DNA of 14,743 bases, taken from the IMG/VR virus record IMGVR_UViG_2529293239_000005, positions 1 to 14,743 of that record; one strand, given 5' to 3'. Below the pieces are notes generated by a model. The model had not been told where the DNA came from, did no database searches, and saw nothing but the letters and a program-made list of their open reading frames with translations. The DNA comes from a virus (taxonomy: Duplodnaviria > Heunggongvirae > Uroviricota > Caudoviricetes). A program made the translations under genes and the position numbers. Positions 1 through 6,701 of this stretch are shown here, piece by piece. How positions within the stretch are numbered: position 1 is the first letter of the stretch; each line of letters starts with the position of its first letter.

Positions 1-77
1 CGTTGTTTTGGTGTGCTTCGCTGTCATAGGCTTTATCTCACAGCAGTAAATTAAAATTTTTGCGTTTTAACCCTTCA

Positions 78-302
78 CCTGTTCACCTTTTGATATTTTC
101 TCTTTTAATTCATAATGTTAAGGGGTGAACAGTTTCACAAAAACTATTCACCAACTGTTCACCACTGTTCACCCTTGAAGCTCAATAAACAATCAAAAAG
201 GTGAACAGTGAATAGTTTGGTGAACAGTTCATAAACAACTGTTCACCCTATAATATACTGATATAAAAGATATTTATGACAGGGTGAACAGTGGTGAACA
301 GT
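78..302. repeat. Iteron array, candidate replication origin: 10-bp unit GGTGAACAGT / ACTGTTCACC
   Basis: Perfect copies forward at 124-133, 200-209, 219-228, 283-292, 293-302 and reverse at 154-163, 164-173, 238-247; 9/10 copies at 78-87, 143-152, 208-216. AT-rich spacer 249-277 (possible unwinding element). Starts 13 bp past the primase stop codon (315-317). Confidence 0.6.
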
Positions 303-314
303 TATTCCATAAGT

Positions 315-2132
315 TTAATTTTTGCTATCGTCATTAGTGACCGATACACATGATGGCATCCAGTCTTCTGATTCCTCCGTCAGTGTCACGTTTGAACGCA
401 AACCGTGCTTCGTTTTCCGTTTCATATACTCCCTGCCATATTCCGCCATTGCCCCCGGCATATCTTTACCGAAGCGCGTCAGTGTTACAGGTTTACCAAA
501 CCCATGTGCCCTCATATAAGCCAGATAGGCATGATAGAGATACCTGCGTGGGCTGAATGGCACAATTTCAGCATTACCCACTAACAGGCCATCACACATT
601 ACCGACGCCATGAGATAGCCGCAGAAGTCCACCAGCGAATCCCCCTCTCGCTTTATCGCCAGTGCTTCTTCAGATTTCTGCTGCTCATATAACAGGCGTC
701 TGGCTTCGTCCTGGTCAGCAAACCGTGTAAGCAGATGGCGAATCACTACCGCCAGCTCACCTTCTATTTTTTCCGCCAGCATTGGATCGCGTTCGTTCTC
801 CGGTACAACTTCCGAAAAATTGAATATCACCCGACGACGTGAGATCCCCCCGCTGCGGTCACTGAATGACATGGCGTTATTGTTAACCGCCAGCACTACT
901 GCCGGAATACGCGTTGAGTAGGGGGCTTTGTGTTTTGGGTCAATTGCCACCTTGTCACCGCCTGTAATGGCCTTAATTCCTGCCCCATCACCAGCGTAGC
1001 GGGTCATATCCGGCATGATAATCAGCGAAAAGCCAACCACTAACGCGCGTTCCCTTGCATCTTCCAGCGCCTTCATGCTTGCCGATACTGTGTTGGCCTT
1101 ACCCGCCAGCATGGTGCAAATCTCCGCCATCACGCTTTTACCACTTCCCCCTGGACCTGTTACCTCAATGAATAACTGCCAGTCGTACCGGTTCGCCAGC
1201 ACCATGAATAATGCAGCCAGTACGCGATCCGCCTTGCGGTCATTCTCAGCCACCGAACGGCGTAACCACTTCCAGAAATTCGGCGCATGTGTTGCCAGCG
1301 TTTCCCCCTCTGCTGGTGGGCTGAAAGGTAATTCACTGGCAATTAACAACCAGTCGTTTTTGTTATGCTCCCGAAAATTACCTGTTCTGGTATCAAATAC
1401 CCCGTTACTGAATCCAATCAGGTTACGGGCTGTATTCCCCATTACAGGCAAACTTAACTTCATGGTATCGACCGCCGATTTAATGGCGTTCTGCGAATAG
1501 CTGATCTCCGCATCAATGAAAATCTGTGCCATAGCTCGCTGTAATTCTTTATCCTGTACTGGCTCCCATACAACGCCGTTGTAATGGTGAACAGTGTCAG
1601 AGTCAGCATGAATCGCCAGTTCACCGCCATAATGTGCCAGGAGAACTTCGCCGCGTTGACTTGCTCCCATCTGGTTAAGCGCCAGTGATGAAGCGTTATC
1701 GTCTTTTACCCGCTCTTTTTTCTTTACAGGCAGTTCAACTACCTTTTTCTTTTCCGCCTGCTCTGCCCGTTCACGTTCCAGATATTCACGCCAGTTCTCC
1801 CGTTTCTGGCTGTGCATTCCTTCAGGGTAATAATCAGCATCCCTGACACCTGCCGCTGCCAGTTTCTGCCCGATGGTATTAACAAGCCCCGGACGCAATA
1901 ACCCCGCCTGATAGAGACGCACGCGATAGCGTCCGTCCGGTACGATTTGCAGGTTGTCCAGTTCGGCAAGTTGTTGCTCTCCAAGCCAGACAGGAGGCAC
2001 GTTATCGCCAGCCAGTCGCCCGTCCTGTTCCTGCCACTGATTCGCATGTGCCCACGCATCACTACCCGCAAAAATGATGACTTCCGTCATTTTGTCACGC
2101 GGCTGGTGTTTTAAATTTGGCGCTTTTTTCAT
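315..2132 (-). CDS. Replication protein, P4 alpha-like primase / SF3-type helicase (pri-rep)
   Basis: Long ORF with Walker A P-loop GPGGSGKS and downstream hydrophobic Walker B-like stretch, as in phage/plasmid primase C-terminal NTPase domains. Start placed at ATG 2132 (GGAGAGAG SD upstream; ATGA overlap with upstream ORF stop) rather than the GTG at 2147 used by the ORF track. Iterons lie immediately 3'. Confidence 0.75.
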   Translation of the reverse strand: MKKAPNLKHQPRDKMTEVIIFAGSDAWAHANQWQEQDGRLAGDNVPPVWLGEQQLAELDNLQIVPDGRYRVRLYQAGLLRPGLVNTIGQKLAAAGVRDADYYPEGMHSQKRENWREYLERERAEQAEKKKVVELPVKKKERVKDDNASSLALNQMGASQRGEVLLAHYGGELAIHADSDTVHHYNGVVWEPVQDKELQRAMAQIFIDAEISYSQNAIKSAVDTMKLSLPVMGNTARNLIGFSNGVFDTRTGNFREHNKNDWLLIASELPFSPPAEGETLATHAPNFWKWLRRSVAENDRKADRVLAALFMVLANRYDWQLFIEVTGPGGSGKSVMAEICTMLAGKANTVSASMKALEDARERALVVGFSLIIMPDMTRYAGDGAGIKAITGGDKVAIDPKHKAPYSTRIPAVVLAVNNNAMSFSDRSGGISRRRVIFNFSEVVPENERDPMLAEKIEGELAVVIRHLLTRFADQDEARRLLYEQQKSEEALAIKREGDSLVDFCGYLMASVMCDGLLVGNAEIVPFSPRRYLYHAYLAYMRAHGFGKPVTLTRFGKDMPGAMAEYGREYMKRKTKHGLRSNVTLTEESEDWMPSCVSVTNDDSKN

Positions 2133-2428
2133 TTCTGCTCTCTCCACGCGGCAATCATGTTTTTCAGTTCCTGTAGTTTTTTATCAACATCCATACATGA
2201 CACATGGTTATTTCTGGAAAGCGGGATTTCCCGCCTGAATCTGCTAATAAAGATCTCCACGTTCAGCGAACTATGAAATGAATAGCCATCACGAATAAAA
2301 TACACACGGTCAAACATCAGTTCTTTTACCGTTACTCTGTTACCGTTCTTATCCAGATAAACAGCGCCGGGGATAGTTTTGGGGTGTGCATAACCGCTGG
2401 CAGTCAAGCCAGATAAATATGTTCTCAT
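2129..2428 (-). CDS. Hypothetical protein, 99 aa, overlapping the primase start
   Basis: ATG at 2428 with GGGGA SD upstream; stop overlaps the primase ATG as ATGA. Same strand and operon position as the small genes preceding alpha in P4-like elements. No recognisable motif. Confidence 0.5.
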   Translation of the reverse strand: MRTYLSGLTASGYAHPKTIPGAVYLDKNGNRVTVKELMFDRVYFIRDGYSFHSSLNVEIFISRFRREIPLSRNNHVSCMDVDKKLQELKNMIAAWREQK

Positions 2429-2434
2429 GATTAT

Positions 2435-2755
2435 TTATCCCCGATTTGAATCAGTATTCGCTTTCTTTATGGCATTTAATGCATCTGTGGCATTTTCAAT
2501 GGTGCACCGTAACGAAATATCAAACTGCCCAAGCATTGCCAGTAACAAACCGATATTACCCATATCAATGCGCATAGCCTTTTCGTCATAGTCCTCATTT
2601 TCTGACGCATGCCACATCAGGCTACCAATTGACGCAATACCCATTGATATATTGTCAGTAGCCCCATCCGCAGCGGAATAAACCTTTTTAGCAATATCAT
2701 GCTCACAGTTAAAATGCGGATTAATCAGGTACTGGTAATTTGACATATCAGGCAT
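2435..2755 (-). CDS. Hypothetical protein, 106 aa
   Basis: ATG at 2755, 8-bp overlap with the upstream small gene, 6-bp gap to the next gene; tightly packed operon. No recognisable motif. Confidence 0.5.
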   Translation of the reverse strand: MPDMSNYQYLINPHFNCEHDIAKKVYSAADGATDNISMGIASIGSLMWHASENEDYDEKAMRIDMGNIGLLLAMLGQFDISLRCTIENATDALNAIKKANTDSNRG

Positions 2756-2951
2756 GGCACACCCCCTGACGAATACGGGCGGCGAATACCATCACGCAGC
2801 CAGCCGGGGATTGCTGGCGTGCTTCCTGTTCGCTGGTGGCCACGATGTGAATCACGCGCGGTTGTGCGGTGCTCAGGGCGATAAAACGCCAGATGTATTT
2901 ATTCAGGTCGTGCGAGTCCCGCCCTTGCGGGTGTGTGGTATGATTTCTCAT
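2748..2951 (-). CDS. Small protein, 67 aa; possibly an Icd-like host cell-division inhibitor (tentative)
   Basis: ATG at 2951 with GAGG SD about 6 nt upstream. The ORF track extends to a GTG at 3146 but that extension covers the operator/promoter region. Sequence (MRNHTTHPQGRDSHDLNKYIW...ATSEQEARQQ...) resembles, from memory only, small Icd-like proteins annotated in P4-like prophages; unverified. Confidence 0.45.
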   Translation of the reverse strand: MRNHTTHPQGRDSHDLNKYIWRFIALSTAQPRVIHIVATSEQEARQQSPAGCVMVFAARIRQGVCHA

Positions 2952-3048
2952 AGCTACCTCGATACGCTTTCTATCGTTGGTGGTTAGAAGCCCGGTTAGT
3001 GTTAGCGCACTGCCGGGTTTCGTCGTTTCTGCACCTTGCATCAACAAG

Positions 3049-3100
3049 GTGTTAAACACCAATTTAAGCCTAGGTGTTAAACACGTCAAGTGTTGAACAC
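3049..3100. promoter_or_regulatory. Three 11-bp perfect palindromes GTGTT-N-AACAC (candidate operators) in a divergent promoter region
   Basis: GTGTTAAACAC at 3049-3059 and 3074-3084, GTGTTGAACAC at 3090-3100, plus inverted repeat CACCTTG...CAAGGTG at 3033-3052. Candidate leftward promoter: -35 TTGACG (3090..3085), -10 TAAATT (3066..3061). Candidate rightward promoter: -35 TTGAAC (3093-3098) inside operator 3. Confidence 0.55.
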
Positions 3101-3149
3101 TTATTTTTTTCCTGCATACTGCATTTGTTTTTTGTAAGGGGTACACAAC

Positions 3150-3329
3150 ATGGCGACAAAAGCAGTAAACGCAAAATCACAAACAGTTGCGGCAAGGGTT
3201 CCGCATGAAGTTATGAACAATGTTGAGGCGGTAAAAATGCCTGGTGAAAGTACAGGGCAGTTTGTAACAGCAGCATTAAAGCGAGAAGTTGAATACCGCC
3301 AGCGTCGCAAGGCCAAAGAGCAGGAGTAA
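3150..3329 (+). CDS. Small DNA-binding protein, 59 aa, ribbon-helix-helix-like; candidate repressor
   Basis: ATG 3150 with AAGGGG SD 9 nt upstream. Segment TVAARVPHEVMNNVEAVK then GESTGQFVTAALKREVEY fits a beta-strand/helix/helix (Arc/CopG-like) pattern. Sits directly beside the palindromic operators, divergent from the replication operon. Below the ORF-track length cutoff. Confidence 0.45.
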   Translation: MATKAVNAKSQTVAARVPHEVMNNVEAVKMPGESTGQFVTAALKREVEYRQRRKAKEQE

Positions 3330-3386
3330 CCATCACCAGCGCCGTGGTGCGGTGAACTGTGGCGCACAGGGTTACAGGTATCTACG

Positions 3387-3566
3387 ATGACTGACAAATC
3401 ATTAAAGAAATTATCCTCATCCAAGAAAAAACAACGCAAAAATGCGGTAAACGAACATGAACCGGAGAGATTCGCACCATGTGCGTTTATCCTTGAGAAG
3501 TACCTTAAAGAGTATTCTAGGAAAATACGCTCATTGCAGGCATGGCAGCGAATCGAGCCAGACTGA
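3387..3566 (+). CDS. Hypothetical small basic protein, 59 aa (Lys-rich N-terminus)
   Basis: ATG 3387, weak SD; co-directional with the RHH-like gene and followed by an intrinsic terminator. A 188-aa minus-strand ORF (3101-3667) overlaps it but crosses the operators and the terminator. Confidence 0.35.
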   Translation: MTDKSLKKLSSSKKKQRKNAVNEHEPERFAPCAFILEKYLKEYSRKIRSLQAWQRIEPD

Positions 3567-3630
3567 TAGCATTGCCCACTAGCCGACAACCTGGTATTCT
3601 GGATATGCTCAAGTTTAGTGTTATGCCACT

Positions 3631-3658
3631 GGCGACCGCCCCCGGTCGCCTTTGTTTT
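3631..3658 (+). terminator. Rho-independent terminator of the rightward two-gene module
   Basis: GGCGACCG-cccc-CGGTCGCC perfect 8-bp stem followed by TTTGTTTT. Confidence 0.6.
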
Positions 3659-3676
3659 ATGTGTCATAGCTCCCCC

Positions 3677-3901
3677 CTAGGCTGCCTTACCTGAATTAAC
3701 GCGGTCACGGCTTTGCACCCAGTCCATAACTTCGGAAAGCAACCAGCCTACAGAACGCCCCCCAAGATTACGGCGAGACGGAAAGCCCCCTTTCTTCTCC
3801 AGTTCGTAGCGTGTAGTACGGCTGACGCCTGTTAACTTACGACATTCATCCTCACGAATTACGCGATCTGTTAGTGATTGAAATTGTGTATTTTGATTCA
3901 T
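3677..3901 (-). CDS. alpA: AlpA/Vis-family phage transcriptional regulator (MerR-like HTH)
   Basis: 74-aa ORF with AlpA-family pattern (...FP...GGRSVGW...E...W...). ATG 3901..3899; C-terminus GKAA verified codon by codon. Confidence 0.8.
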   Translation of the reverse strand: MNQNTQFQSLTDRVIREDECRKLTGVSRTTRYELEKKGGFPSRRNLGGRSVGWLLSEVMDWVQSRDRVNSGKAA

Positions 3902-3932
3902 AAAAACACCCTCGAACGTAACCGAACGAGGG
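3902..3932 (-). terminator. Terminator-like hairpin plus U-tract immediately 5' of the alpA start codon, sequestering its SD
   Basis: Minus-strand reading: CCCTCG-(12-nt loop)-CGAGGG-TGTTTTT-ATG. The 3' arm CGAGGG contains the only SD-like element for alpA. Candidate promoter just upstream: -35 TTGCAC (3962..3957), 16-nt spacer, -10 TAAGAT (3939..3934). Confidence 0.4.
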
Positions 3933-4004
3933 CATCTTATTTACCATAGCAGTTGGTGCAATATTGGAAAAATAAACTTTATTCTAATTTATCGTTCTCC
4001 ATGA

Positions 4005-4859
4005 TTAATTTTCATTAGATAACATTTTTCTTATTTTTTCTAAAGAATCGCTGCGCATTATTTTTTCTAAGAAGGGTTTTACAGTCTGAGCAATAGCAAA
4101 GGTGTCCTTTTCACCATCAGGATACAAAGATACGGCAAGCACCCCTAATGAAATTTTTCTATCTGTAGACAACTCCCAAGATAATAAGTCAATTAATGGG
4201 ATTATCTTATAATCAATAATTTTACGTCGTATGCTCTCCCAACTTCCTGCAATTGGTTTGTCTGGCTCAACAATTGAAAGTTCACTACGCCATTTTGGTA
4301 ATAGTTTTGTAAACGCTTCAATCAACTCATCATCTCTGTTATGTAGTAAGTCAACAGAAACAAGCATATTATCTAATGTATCAGAAAGGAGATTCACTGG
4401 TTCACGCATCACAGCCCAAAACATCCCATTATCTTCTGATATTAAACTTCCAACCATCTCATTATCTATGATGATTGGTTTATCCTTCCAATATCCTCTT
4501 TCCGCAGTCAGTTTATTAATCATTGATATATCAAACCTTGTTACAGGTTTAATTCCATCATCATAACTTAGCTCAATTAACTTCGGCTGCACTTTATGGT
4601 CATATTCTTTTTGTTTATCACAAAACCAATCGTCTTCTTTAAGCTCTCCAAATGGATCCCCGTAATTATTATGCAACGGGTATTCAGCACCAAACATAAA
4701 ACCATATTCAGGCATCTCAGAATGTTTCATTGTTAAATCATCTTGTCGCCAATATAATTGGCGAAATAGATCTTTATCCGACAAGTTTTCTAGGCAATCA
4801 TATTTGCCTAAATCAAATGACTTTGGTAAATCTTTTTTACTATTTACTTTTTTCGTCAT
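4005..4859 (-). CDS. Hypothetical protein, 284 aa; AT-rich cargo gene between int and alpA
   Basis: ATG at 4859..4857 overlaps the integrase TGA (4858..4856) as ATGA; GAGAGGG SD 5-6 nt upstream. Visibly AT-rich versus neighbours (estimated by eye, not computed). No recognisable catalytic motif. Confidence 0.7.
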   Translation of the reverse strand: MTKKVNSKKDLPKSFDLGKYDCLENLSDKDLFRQLYWRQDDLTMKHSEMPEYGFMFGAEYPLHNNYGDPFGELKEDDWFCDKQKEYDHKVQPKLIELSYDDGIKPVTRFDISMINKLTAERGYWKDKPIIIDNEMVGSLISEDNGMFWAVMREPVNLLSDTLDNMLVSVDLLHNRDDELIEAFTKLLPKWRSELSIVEPDKPIAGSWESIRRKIIDYKIIPLIDLLSWELSTDRKISLGVLAVSLYPDGEKDTFAIAQTVKPFLEKIMRSDSLEKIRKMLSNEN

Positions 4860-6076
4860 TGTATCCCTCTCAATATCACAATATTTTCTTTATATCCTGC
4901 AATCATATCAAGACGCTCAACCCATAGATTCAGTGCGTCCCGTTTCGCCTGCAAATAGCGTGAATGGTTATAGGTTTTTTGCTGACCTGGCATCTGATGC
5001 GCTGTGATGTGCTCCACGATATGCGGATCGACACCTAAATCATTCAGCATAGTTGTAAACGTGTGTCGGAAATCATGCAGCGTCCAGTGTTCCTGCTTAA
5101 GCCGCTTATGCGCATTTCGTCCATATTGCGCCACCGTGGTATCTTTTTTCAGTTCGCCGAGTAATAACCCAGTGTGTGCGTTTTGCTCCACCAGCTTCTG
5201 AATGAACGGCAAAATGCCATCAGGAATAGGTCGGAATATTGTTACCTTCGTTTTGCTGTGCTCTTTTGGCACTGTCCACAACATTTCTTTCAGATCCCAT
5301 TCTTTGATCTCTGAAAGTCTGATCTCTGCCGTTCTGCACCCGAACACAATTAACAAGCGCATTAACGCACTGTAATAGGGAGCGAACACATCACCATCAA
5401 TAGCGCGTAGAATTTCTTTTAGTTCGCTGTTGCTGTGCACTCTCTCGCGGATTTCTGCTCTCTTACCCACATCAGTAACGATCAAATCGTCCAGGGCGTT
5501 GCTAAACGCGTAGCGCCGCCTGCGGCAAAACTTTAGCGCCTGTTTGCATGTCTGCATGACATGGCCCGCTGCTACTGGTGCTTTTTTTCGTACGCGGTCA
5601 AAACATGTGATCCACTGCCTTGTATCACACTTATCAAGGGGAATTGCCCCGATATGGCAAATGATGTGCTTATCCATACGCTGCACCAGCTTTATGTAAT
5701 CTTTGCGGTTATCCTTCGCGTATTCCTCCAGCCAGTAGTTAATCGCTTCCTTCACCGTAACGGGTTTTAGTGCTTCCTGTACTGTGGCGCACAACTCATA
5801 CCGAGGGTTTTTACCCTCAGCCAGCCATGCCCGGCACTGTGTTCGCTTTTCCCTTGCAGATTTCAGCGACAATTCCGGGTAAGCCCCCAGCTTTAACCGC
5901 TCTGCGGCAACCTCACGGCCTCCCGTTCGGTACCGGAAATACCAGGTTAATTTGCCTCCCTTTGAGTGTTTAATCTCCAGCCCGCCCCCGTCGGAGTAAA
6001 AACGCTCTTTTTCTGCCTGGACAGCCACCAATTTTTTTAACGTTGAATCGCTCAGTTTGTTTAGTGCTTTTCCCAC
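4856..6076 (-). CDS. int: P4-type tyrosine integrase / site-specific recombinase
   Basis: 406-aa ORF; N-terminus typical of P4-family integrases (LSDSTLKKL...GKLTWYFRYR); C-terminal catalytic signature HDFRHTF and tyrosine in KTYNHSRY. GTG start at 6076 with AGAGGA SD 7 nt upstream. Confidence 0.9.
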   Translation of the reverse strand: MGKALNKLSDSTLKKLVAVQAEKERFYSDGGGLEIKHSKGGKLTWYFRYRTGGREVAAERLKLGAYPELSLKSAREKRTQCRAWLAEGKNPRYELCATVQEALKPVTVKEAINYWLEEYAKDNRKDYIKLVQRMDKHIICHIGAIPLDKCDTRQWITCFDRVRKKAPVAAGHVMQTCKQALKFCRRRRYAFSNALDDLIVTDVGKRAEIRERVHSNSELKEILRAIDGDVFAPYYSALMRLLIVFGCRTAEIRLSEIKEWDLKEMLWTVPKEHSKTKVTIFRPIPDGILPFIQKLVEQNAHTGLLLGELKKDTTVAQYGRNAHKRLKQEHWTLHDFRHTFTTMLNDLGVDPHIVEHITAHQMPGQQKTYNHSRYLQAKRDALNLWVERLDMIAGYKENIVILRGIQ

Positions 6077-6112
6077 TATCAGATCCTCTTTTCAGTCCTC
6101 CAGCCTCAAAAA

Positions 6113-6136
6113 ACTGACCACACAACTGACCACACA
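6113..6136. repeat. Perfect tandem direct repeat ACTGACCACACA x2, 37-60 bp upstream of the int start
   Basis: Copies at 6113-6124 and 6125-6136, followed by a CA-rich low-complexity tract (about 6140-6250). Candidate regulator or integrase arm-type binding sites. Confidence 0.5.
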
Positions 6137-6457
6137 TTTCGCTGAAGCTCGGCAAACAACAACGAACAGCAACAAACAAGAAAGCTAATTAAATCATTGT
6201 ATATCAAACACATACACAAACAATCACGAACATCCCCGAACTACAAAAAACACTAAATGAGAAAATACGGGTATTTCTCAGCCTTCACAAAGAAGGGCAC
6301 CCCGAGTCATTTAAAACAAAATCAAAAGATTGCGATTAACGTCCCGTTAATCCCTGTTCTGGATCATGCCAGCGGAAAGCCAAAGACTCAACCCTAAAAA
6401 ATCCTCTGTGTCCCAGTTTGTGTCTCACGTTGTGGCCCACAGATAAATGGCAGGCAC

Positions 6458-6482
6458 AAAAAAACCGCCCATAAGGCGGCTT
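6458..6482 (-). terminator. Rho-independent terminator (minus strand)
   Basis: Minus strand reads CCGCC-ttatg-GGCGG followed by TTTTTTT (plus strand A-run 6458-6464), 37 nt past the stop of the 6519-6701 ORF. Confidence 0.5.
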
Positions 6483-6518
6483 AAGTAAATTATTCAGTCG
6501 TGAAGATTTAAATGAAAT

Positions 6519-6701
6519 CTATTTTCTGCATACGCTTTCTTCATGCAGTCGAAGTGCTTTTGCCAATTCCAATTGGAATGCAAAGGAAAGACGGGAACGG
6601 CTGATCTTGATACCGTCAATAATGATGTATGTAGGGTAAACAGTGACCATGCGGCCCAAGTATTGGAAGTGTTTAGGGTGGTTTACTTTATCGTTATTCA
6701 T
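6519..6701 (-). CDS. Hypothetical small protein, 60 aa from the ATG (ORF track extends to a TTG at 6770)
   Basis: In-frame ATG at 6701..6699; followed by an intrinsic terminator. Weak SD, no recognisable motif; may be a gene fragment. Confidence 0.3.
   Translation of the reverse strand: MNNDKVNHPKHFQYLGRMVTVYPTYIIIDGIKISRSRLSFAFQLELAKALRLHEESVCRK

Noticed and set aside
322-1500. Plus-strand ORFs (322-519, 350-556, 1015-1500) and a short minus-strand ORF (1160-1342) inside the primase gene
   Set aside because: Embedded in, or out of frame with, the well-supported primase/helicase gene. Compositionally odd (Ser/Pro/Cys-rich) and no ribosome-binding sites.
3351-3360. Isolated iteron-like 10-mer GGTGAACTGT (9/10 match to the ori iteron)
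   Set aside because: A single 9/10 match to a 10-mer is expected about once by chance in a window this size on two strands; not evidence of a second origin.
3101-3667. 188-aa minus-strand ORF spanning the operator region
   Set aside because: It would run through the palindromic operators and the plus-strand terminator hairpin, uses a non-ATG start and is Cys/Ser-rich low-complexity. The two plus-strand small genes with SDs and a terminator are the more coherent reading, though this remains unproven.
6257-6397. 46-aa plus-strand ORF upstream of the integrase
   Set aside because: No Shine-Dalgarno sequence, low-complexity context; more likely regulatory or att-adjacent DNA.
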